A DNA stretch of 64,000 bases from Cenarchaeum sp. (GTDB lineage: Archaea > Thermoproteota > Nitrososphaeria > Nitrososphaerales > Nitrosopumilaceae): positions 1,472,001 through 1,536,000 of the forward strand of contig OY843768.1 of assembly GCA_963693095.2 (NCBI GenBank). Reading direction: 5' to 3'. The position numbers were made by a program, and so were the translations under genes. Under the pieces are notes generated by a model. It did no database searches and had not been told where the DNA came from. It saw only the letters and a program-made list of their open reading frames with translations. Shown here one piece after another: positions 57,695-64,000 of this stretch (the stretch's first letter is position 1; the number at the start of each line of letters is the position of its first letter).

Positions 57695-58783
57695 CTAGCG
57701 GATGACCTCCAGGAGGCGGTCATCGTCGTCGTCGGCAAACCCGCCCGAGTCGGTGTTTGACGTGATCGCATAGAGCGCGCCATCAGGTCCGCCGGCCACG
57801 TCACGCATACGGCCAAGGCCGCCGAGAACCGTGCCCTGCTCACCGGTCTCAAGGTCAATTGCGTGTATCGTTCCGGCGCGCAGCGCGGCGACTATCACGC
57901 GGCCCTCCTCACCTAGCGCGCCGCCGCCATACACTGCAATGCCGCCGATTCCAAGTGCGGGATCAAAGCACGCAGCAGCGCCCGTGTGCGACGTGCCTGC
58001 GCACTCCTCCTCAGGCCACCCGTGGTTGGCACCGGCCTCGACAATGTTGAGCTCGTCGTTCTTTGTCGGTCCGGCATCAGCCACTATCATGCGCCCGTCG
58101 ACATCCCACGAGATCCCGCGCACGTCGCGAAATCCCGACGCATAGACTGGTGAGCCGGCCACGGGGTTGCCATCTGGCACTGACCCGTCCGGATGCACGC
58201 GCAGTATCTTGCCGGCTAGCGAGTCCGCATTTTGCGCAAGGCCCGATGAGTCAGACGTCGAGCCAGTTCCGACATACAGCATGCCGTCCGGCCCGACGGC
58301 GAGTGCGCCGCCATTGGAAAAGTTAGAGCCGGGTATCTGCTCAATTACGGTGCCCACGTCAGAGGCCCTGTTGTCGTCCTCGCGTATCCACATCACCCTG
58401 TTCCAGAGCTCGCCGGCCTCCTCGTATGTGACATACGCGTAGAGTGTCACGCCGCTGCCCTGTTCTGCATGCGCGGCAAGGCCCACGAGTCCGGCATCAT
58501 GCGAGCCGGCCGCGCGGAGCGTGATTAGCGGGCGCTCAAGCAGCGCTCCGTCCTCAACAACCCTGATCGCACCGTCCCTCTCTGCGACAAAGACGCGCTC
58601 GGCGTGCGCGGCAATTGCGCGCGGCTCGTCTAGGCCGGATGCGAGAACCACAACAGAGTCGCTGCCCTCCTCCAGCGTCGTCGTGGGGGGCGGCAGCGGC
58701 ACGCCCTGTGAGGGCGAGAGGAGTATCACCACCGAGACTGCCACGGCGCCGGCGATTCCGGCAATCCTGAGTCGCCTGTCCAT
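57695..58783 (-). CDS. PQQ-dependent glucose/sorbosone dehydrogenase family beta-propeller protein
   Basis: N-terminal TM; GL..P, VAER.G, GPDGMLYVGTG, GKILR..PDG..P.GNP, DELN...G.NHGWP and GRMRDV. Confidence 0.9.
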   Translation of the reverse strand: MDRRLRIAGIAGAVAVSVVILLSPSQGVPLPPPTTTLEEGSDSVVVLASGLDEPRAIAAHAERVFVAERDGAIRVVEDGALLERPLITLRAAGSHDAGLVGLAAHAEQGSGVTLYAYVTYEEAGELWNRVMWIREDDNRASDVGTVIEQIPGSNFSNGGALAVGPDGMLYVGTGSTSDSSGLAQNADSLAGKILRVHPDGSVPDGNPVAGSPVYASGFRDVRGISWDVDGRMIVADAGPTKNDELNIVEAGANHGWPEEECAGTSHTGAAACFDPALGIGGIAVYGGGALGEEGRVIVAALRAGTIHAIDLETGEQGTVLGGLGRMRDVAGGPDGALYAITSNTDSGGFADDDDDRLLEVIR

Positions 58784-58931
58784 CGTCGAGCCGCTGGCGC
58801 GCGTGCGCTCCTATTAATCCCACGCCGTGGGTCGCTGCGCGTTTGCGCGTTAATATATGGGAATTTGGTCACGCACGCGCCATGAGCAGGACGTGCCCAC
58901 ATGCGTGGCTTTTGTGCAGGTGTCATGCGCG

Positions 58932-60014
58932 TTGAGCGCAAAGCGTGACTATTACGAGGTTTTGGGCGTCTCGCGCGATGCGCAGCCCGAGGAGGTAAAG
59001 AGGCAGTACAGAAAGCTCGCGCTAAAGTTCCACCCTGACAGGAACAAGTCAGCTGACGCACAGGAGCACTTTAAGGAGATATCTGAGGCGTATGCCGTAA
59101 TATCTGACAAGAAAAAGCGCCAGATATACGACACGCGCGGCCACGCGGGCTTGGACGGCCAGTACGGCAGCGAGGACATGTTTGGCGGAACCAGCTTTTC
59201 TGACATGTTTTCCAACGCTAACTTTTCTGACTTGTTTGGCGGTGGTAGGGGAGGCTCGGTGTTTGAGTCGTTCTTTGGCGGCGGGGGTGGCGAGCCGGAG
59301 CGCGGCAACGATCTCCTCTGTGAGGTGGCCATGACCCTAGAGGACGTCCTGAACGGCAAGAAGGTCGAGCTCGACATCAAAAAGGACGTAGAGTGCGACT
59401 CGTGCCACGGTTCTGGCTCTAGTGACGGGAAGCGCGAGACGTGCTCGACATGTGGCGGGCACGGAAGGGTTCAGTATTCAAGGCAGTCCGGATTTGCGTC
59501 ATTTGTCACGGTGGGCCCGTGCAGGGCATGTGGCGCATCCGGAAAGATCGTAAAGAGCCCATGCAAGAAATGCTCCGGGAAAGGCAAGAGGAGCGGCACA
59601 CGCCACGTGAGTCACCTCATCCCGCCGGGAACTGTAGATGAAGACTATCGCCTAAAGGGCGAGGGCGAGTATGTCCCCGGTGGCCAGAGCGGCGACCTCG
59701 TCTTTCGCGTCAGTGTCAGGCAGCATGAGCACTTTGTGCGCGAGGGGGCAGACCTTGTCCATGTGCTTGACGTGTCGATGGTCGATGCGGCACTCGGCTG
59801 CAAGGTTGACGTGCCGACGCTAAACGGAACAAGGTCGATCAGCGTGCCGGCTGCAAGCCAGTATGGCCAGACCGTGACTGTCAGGGGCGAGGGCCTGCCC
59901 ACCGGATACGGCGGCATGCGCGGTGACCTGCTCGTAAAGCTCAGAGTCACCGTGCCAAAAAAGCTCACAAAGGACCAAAAGCGCATCCTCGAGGAGTTTC
60001 GAGAGAAGCGCTAG
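58932..60014 (+). CDS. dnaJ: Chaperone DnaJ (class A)
   Basis: TTG start, [14 protein letters not shown] region, four CxxCxGxG-type repeats and GDL motifs. Confidence 0.96.
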   Translation: MSAKRDYYEVLGVSRDAQPEEVKRQYRKLALKFHPDRNKSADAQEHFKEISEAYAVISDKKKRQIYDTRGHAGLDGQYGSEDMFGGTSFSDMFSNANFSDLFGGGRGGSVFESFFGGGGGEPERGNDLLCEVAMTLEDVLNGKKVELDIKKDVECDSCHGSGSSDGKRETCSTCGGHGRVQYSRQSGFASFVTVGPCRACGASGKIVKSPCKKCSGKGKRSGTRHVSHLIPPGTVDEDYRLKGEGEYVPGGQSGDLVFRVSVRQHEHFVREGADLVHVLDVSMVDAALGCKVDVPTLNGTRSISVPAASQYGQTVTVRGEGLPTGYGGMRGDLLVKLRVTVPKKLTKDQKRILEEFREKR

Positions 60015-60184
60015 TCGCCGTGCGAGATGCGCAGCTCTATCTCGTGGCCCTCGCGGACGTGCGAGTTGTGCTGGGAACGTATGACCTCCCCTATGCGCTC
60101 GTCCGTATAGTATTTCCGGTTATATCGGCCGATGACTCGCTCGCACTCCCTGCAGTATATGATCCGGTACTCTGTTGCGGCCAT
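60011..60184 (-). CDS. C2H2-like Zn-finger microprotein (57 aa)
   Basis: Below the track cutoff. [57 protein letters not shown]; TTTTAA about 27 nt upstream. Confidence 0.78.
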   Translation of the reverse strand: MAATEYRIIYCRECERVIGRYNRKYYTDERIGEVIRSQHNSHVREGHEIELRISHGD

Positions 60185-60249
60185 CGTCGTGTGCGGGTGT
60201 GGCGTGCGGGTTAAAAACGCACTTATTCGGGCCGGCTAGCGGTGCGCGC

Positions 60250-60337
60250 GCGGGGGTCGCCCAGCCCGGTCAAAGGCGTAAGGTTCAGGTCCTTATCTCT
60301 TAGGAGTTCGTGGGTTCGAATCCCACCCTCCGCACCA
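60250..60337 (+). tRNA. tRNA-Leu (CAG)
   Basis: GCGGGGG acceptor, anticodon arm TAAGG-TTCAGGT-CCTTA, long variable arm, GTTCGAATC T-loop and terminal ACCA. Confidence 0.95.
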
Positions 60338-60436
60338 TTATTGCCAGCCATGGGGGGCCGGTGCGCACCCTGTCGCACGGCACGCACGCTTGTTTTATTA
60401 CCCCACGCGCCCCGACGCGGGGGCATGGGAGGCGGC

Positions 60437-60649
60437 ATGGGCACGCGCGAGCTGCTCTACAAGGGCTCGGCCATCGGGGCGATGATAACTGCGCCCTCGC
60501 TTGCCGCGTTTGCGCTCGTGTGGGGATACACCGATGACATGGCACTCGCCGCCGGCGTTGCCGCCGCTGCCCACGTTGGTGCCCTCGTCGTGGCATTCAA
60601 GGTCGCAAAGAGGTTCCTCATCAAGCGCACGACGCCGGAGGGCCGATAG
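60437..60649 (+). CDS. Small two-TM membrane protein
   Basis: MGTRELLYKG followed by two hydrophobic helices. Confidence 0.65.
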   Translation: MGTRELLYKGSAIGAMITAPSLAAFALVWGYTDDMALAAGVAAAAHVGALVVAFKVAKRFLIKRTTPEGR

Positions 60650-60653
60650 GCCG

Positions 60654-61037
60654 ATGCGCACGCATGAGGACGTTGAGCGCATACTCTCCAGGGAGATCGG
60701 CCTCGAGGAAATCCGCTCGCGCATGTACGTTCTCATCGCAACGCATGGCGCAATGGATGCGGCCGGCCTGGCCGGCGAGCTTGGTGTCAGCGAGGCCGAG
60801 GCGCTCGAGGCGGCACGCGCACTCGTCGCCCTAGGCGGCCTTATCGACTATGGCAACGGCAAGTTTGAGTCGATGCACCCGCGCTTTTCGATCGTAAACA
60901 TGTACAGAAAGGCAAGCATCGCGCGCGGGCAAGAGCCGCCGCGCAACAAGTCCATCGACAATGCCGGAGCTGCCCTAGAGAAGGACTATGACCATGCAAG
61001 GGCTAAATATGGCGCACGTGGGGGCGAGGCACAGTGA
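60654..61037 (+). CDS. TrmB-like wHTH protein
   Basis: MYVLIATHGAMDAAGLAGELGVS..LV.LGGLI...FESMHP. Confidence 0.7.
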   Translation: MRTHEDVERILSREIGLEEIRSRMYVLIATHGAMDAAGLAGELGVSEAEALEAARALVALGGLIDYGNGKFESMHPRFSIVNMYRKASIARGQEPPRNKSIDNAGAALEKDYDHARAKYGARGGEAQ

Positions 61038-61450
61038 GCAGCGAGGCAAGATGCAAGCACCAGCCCGTCTACTATGGCGTGATAAACATCAATGTTGATG
61101 AGCGCACGATAGGCTCCGTTGACGTGTGGCACTGCCCCGCGTGCAAGGAGCGCTTTTGCGAGGAAAAGCAGCTTGGAATCGAGTCGATATCAGACGATAT
61201 CGGTATGCCCGAGCTTGGCAAGGGCGAGCGCTGGGCAGTCATAGTCTGCAAGCTCCAAAAGGGGCGTGACAAGTGGCGCCTCGCGCGCCTCGCCGAGTCC
61301 GGCCACGCCGGCCACGAGTGCCTCGGTGAAAAGTCCGTGAGCCTCGGCGTTCGCGGCCATGCAGTCGACGACGATCACCACTGGAGCTTTTTGGTCGATG
61401 ACCACGTCAACAAGGCCGTCGAGATATCAGGCGGGGGTCTTGGACCTTAG
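61034..61450 (+). CDS. Hypothetical Cys-rich protein
   Basis: GTGA overlap; CKH..WHCPACKERFC. Confidence 0.7.
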   Translation: MSSEARCKHQPVYYGVININVDERTIGSVDVWHCPACKERFCEEKQLGIESISDDIGMPELGKGERWAVIVCKLQKGRDKWRLARLAESGHAGHECLGEKSVSLGVRGHAVDDDHHWSFLVDDHVNKAVEISGGGLGP

Positions 61451-61721
61451 TGTCCACGTCGACTCTGTCGACGGCACGCAGATGGCCGCAAAGATAACGG
61501 GCACGTTTGAGCTCGGCGGTGCGACGTACGCGTTTGGCGCAATCGCCTTTGGCAGGATCGGCGGGCAGAACGTCGGCGCGCAGCTCGACGAGGCGACGCA
61601 GGACGCGCTTCGCGCCGCGGGCCACGACCCCGAGGAGGTCGCCATGGAGATCCAGCGCGCCCTCCTGCAGGGCGACATGAGCATACCGGACAATCTCAAA
61701 AAAGAGTCGTTCCTAGACTAG
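61440..61721 (+). CDS. Hypothetical protein
   Basis: TTG start MDLSVHVDS; [14 protein letters not shown]. Confidence 0.7.
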   Translation: MDLSVHVDSVDGTQMAAKITGTFELGGATYAFGAIAFGRIGGQNVGAQLDEATQDALRAAGHDPEEVAMEIQRALLQGDMSIPDNLKKESFLD

Positions 61722-62506
61722 AGCGAGGCCGCATCGAGCGCCGCGGCGCACGCGCATGCCGGCTTGGCCGGAACGGCGCGCACGATATCGGCTAGCATCG
61801 CGCGCATTGCCGCTGCATTGGAGGAGACGACGCGGCCCACCTCCTCGGCGCTCACAGGGCGGTCGGCCCAGACGTCATAGTCGGTGACCATCGAGACGGA
61901 CACGTAGCACATGCGAGCCTCGCGCGCGAGCTGGCACTCGGGCACGAGCGTCATGCCGATGACGTGCGCGCCGCATGTTCGAAAGAGCGATGACTCGGCG
62001 CGCGTTGAAAAGCGCGGGCCCTCTATGCAGACATATGTCGCATCCTTGTGAAGCGCAGGGCCGCCTGCAGATGCGGCGGCAGTCGCGCACTCTTGGAGCT
62101 CGGGGCAGAAGGGGTCAGCGACGGATATGTGTATGACGCGTCCAATGTCAGAAAAGGAGCCTGCGCGCGTGCGCGTAAAGTCGATAAACTGGGTCGGCAG
62201 CGCAAAGTCTCCCGGCTTTAGCTCCTCGCGCAGGCTGCCGACTGCCGAGGGCGCAATGACCCGACGCACTCCGAGCTGGCGCAGCGCGTCAATGTTTGCG
62301 CGATAGTTTATCATGTGCGGGGGAATGCTGTGGGACTTGCCGTGGCGCGGGAGGAACGCCGTGCGCCTGCCTGAGAACGTGCCAATTGTTATGGGGCTCG
62401 ACGTCTTTCCATAGGGCGTAGTGGGCTCAACCTCAACGGTGTCCTCGATCATCGAGGCGTCATACATTCCAGTGCCCCCAATTATCGCAATCTCGGCGGA
62501 TTCCAC
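61718..62506 (-). CDS. mtnP: S-methyl-5'-thioadenosine phosphorylase
   Basis: [37 protein letters not shown] and TDYD. Confidence 0.95.
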   Translation of the reverse strand: MESAEIAIIGGTGMYDASMIEDTVEVEPTTPYGKTSSPITIGTFSGRRTAFLPRHGKSHSIPPHMINYRANIDALRQLGVRRVIAPSAVGSLREELKPGDFALPTQFIDFTRTRAGSFSDIGRVIHISVADPFCPELQECATAAASAGGPALHKDATYVCIEGPRFSTRAESSLFRTCGAHVIGMTLVPECQLAREARMCYVSVSMVTDYDVWADRPVSAEEVGRVVSSNAAAMRAMLADIVRAVPAKPACACAAALDAASL

Positions 62507-63018
62507 TAGTAGCGCACCAGCACGTTGACGTCGTACTTTGATATCTTTTTCATTCCTTCAAGGTCGGCAAGCTCGATGATGATCGCAAATCCCGCAACGC
62601 GTGCGCCCAGCTTTTCAACGAGGCTTGCCGCTGCTGCTGCCGTGCCGCCAGTTGCGAGGAGGTCATCGCATATGAGGACGCGGTCGCCCTTTTTGAGCGA
62701 GTTGGCCTGCATCTCCATCTTGTCGCGGCCGTACTCGATCTCGTATGAGGCACTCTTTGTCTTGCCCGGCAGCTTGCCGGCCTTGCGAACCATGACTATG
62801 CCCTTGCCCATGCGCGAGGCTATTGCCGTCGCGACGGGGAACCCACGAGCCTCTATTCCGGCAACGACGTCGATGTCTCGCGCATTAAAGTGGGCGGCAA
62901 ACCCGTCGACGGCAAGCGAGAGGGCGTGCGGGTCACGGAGTAGCGGGCCGTAGTCGCGAAAGAGTATGCCCTTTTTTGGAAAGTCCGGATACGAGTCTAT
63001 GCGGTCCTGCAGGTGCAA
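62506..63018 (-). CDS. apt: Adenine phosphoribosyltransferase
   Basis: TTG start; [26 protein letters not shown] and DDLLATGGT. Confidence 0.95.
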   Translation of the reverse strand: MHLQDRIDSYPDFPKKGILFRDYGPLLRDPHALSLAVDGFAAHFNARDIDVVAGIEARGFPVATAIASRMGKGIVMVRKAGKLPGKTKSASYEIEYGRDKMEMQANSLKKGDRVLICDDLLATGGTAAAAASLVEKLGARVAGFAIIIELADLEGMKKISKYDVNVLVRY

Positions 63019-63271
63019 CGCGCACGGCTCGAGCCCACCCCGTAAAAACAGTTTGCCGCCCGTGCTCGTCCGGGGCGTGCGTGGGCCGCCGGGGCCATGC
63101 GGCAGGCTATCTCGCGCGAGGGAGGGCAGCAGGGCCAAGAGTGCCCCTCCTGACCACACGTGGACCGTCCCTGGCCCCCGTCATGGGCGCCCCCCGTCGG
63201 CGTGGCAGGCAGTCAGCGCAGGCGCAGGCACACCAAAAAAACTATAAGGCCTCACACTGGCCACGGCGCGC

Positions 63272-63580
63272 ATGGGCAGAGTTGTCGCAGGCAAGGCATC
63301 CGAGATTCCCCCAGGCACCCTCAAAAAGGTGACTGCCGAGGGCGGCGACATTGTCGTGGCCAACGTTGACGGGACTCTCTGCGCAATGGCCGACAAGTGC
63401 ACGCACGCCGGCGCGAGCCTCTCAGAAGGCAAGATAGACGGGGCCAACCTCGTGTGCGGCTGGCATGGCGCACAGTTCGAGTGTGCTAGCGGCCGCCTCG
63501 CAAAGTTCCCCGCAAAGGTCGCCGACCTAAAGTCGTATAGCGTTTCAGTCGACGGCGATGACGTCGTTGTGGAGGTGTGA
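63272..63580 (+). CDS. Rieske [2Fe-2S] ferredoxin
   Basis: CTH..ASL...CGWHG motif. Confidence 0.92.
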   Translation: MGRVVAGKASEIPPGTLKKVTAEGGDIVVANVDGTLCAMADKCTHAGASLSEGKIDGANLVCGWHGAQFECASGRLAKFPAKVADLKSYSVSVDGDDVVVEV

Positions 63581-63583
63581 GCG

Positions 63584-63853
63584 ATGGCGACAAAGGAGCA
63601 GAATGAAGAGTCGCTAAAGAGCGCGCTCACGACGCTAAGCACCGTAATGTCTGACCAGTCAGCGCCAAAGACCGTAAAGAAGGGAATATCAGAGCTCGTC
63701 ACTGGCCTAAAGGGCAGCGAGGGCTCACTTGCGGTTCGTGCTGCAAACGCAATAAGCGCGCTTGATGACATTACGCAGGATCCAAACATGCCCTCGCATG
63801 TCAGGACAAGGCTCTGGCAGGCAGTCTCGGTCCTAGAGGCCATAAGGGAGTAA
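63584..63853 (+). CDS. UPF0147 family protein
   Basis: D.S.PK.V, AANAIS.LDDITQDPNMPSH.RT.LW..VS.LE. Confidence 0.92.
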   Translation: MATKEQNEESLKSALTTLSTVMSDQSAPKTVKKGISELVTGLKGSEGSLAVRAANAISALDDITQDPNMPSHVRTRLWQAVSVLEAIRE

Positions 63854-63873
63854 GTCCTGTCGGCAGTGCCGCC

Positions 63874-64000
63874 TTGAAGATCGAGGAGTATATCTCAACG
63901 CTTCCGTCCGGAATAGTCTCAGGCGATGACGTGCAGGCTCCACCCCATGCGCTTCGCAGGATGTTGGCGCTTGCCGGCGCGCGGCGCGGGGACACTGTGA
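63874..64000 (+). CDS. Partial CDS, probably a SAM-dependent methyltransferase (runs off window end)
   Basis: TTG start MKIEEYISTLPSGIVSGDDVQ..RRMLALAGARRGDTV, open to the window end. The ending resembles the lead-in to a class I MTase motif I. Confidence 0.5.
   Translation, partial: MKIEEYISTLPSGIVSGDDVQAPPHALRRMLALAGARRGDTV

Noticed and set aside
60223-60436. ORFs spanning tRNA-Leu; att site at tRNA-Leu
   Set aside because: Spurious frames across the tRNA, and no repeated tRNA 3' end was found.
63040-63240. GC-rich spacer between apt and the Rieske gene as an ncRNA
   Set aside because: Only short scattered stems and no recognisable box motifs; insufficient support.

Overview
GC-rich (about 60-65% by eye) archaeal chromosome segment. 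Gene content points to an ammonia-oxidising archaeon (Nitrososphaerota, Nitrosopumilaceae-like, possibly a host-associated Cenarchaeum-type lineage): archaeal histone, ThiS/MoaD-Cgi121 fusion, GatDE, PriSL, Top6B, aIF-1A/aIF-2beta/Rio1/Dim2, class II HMG-CoA reductase and a CopC-CopD fusion. Most of the window is dense core housekeeping: a his pathway in two blocks, purA, pyrF, glyS, gdhA, psmA, uppS, dnaJ, apt, mtnP and two tRNAs (Cys-GCA, Leu-CAG). Several real genes are missing from the ORF track: a large Ig-repeat surface protein running off the left edge and four Zn-finger microproteins. Two small lower-GC accessory islands stand out. The first (about 34.9-36.1 kb) holds a protein with 204-bp tandem repeats plus a small ORF bracketed by an exact 18-bp direct repeat. 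The second (about 45.6-46.5 kb) holds an orphan DNA methyltransferase whose two flanks carry the two halves of nearly the same 18-mer. Together they suggest a possible uncharacterised gene-cassette insertion system, although no recombinase is present in the window. Other oddities are apparent CTG start codons (hisC, possibly hisA), a candidate structured ncRNA, repeated CTAG stop-stop overlaps, and top6B and dnaJ separated from their usual partners.
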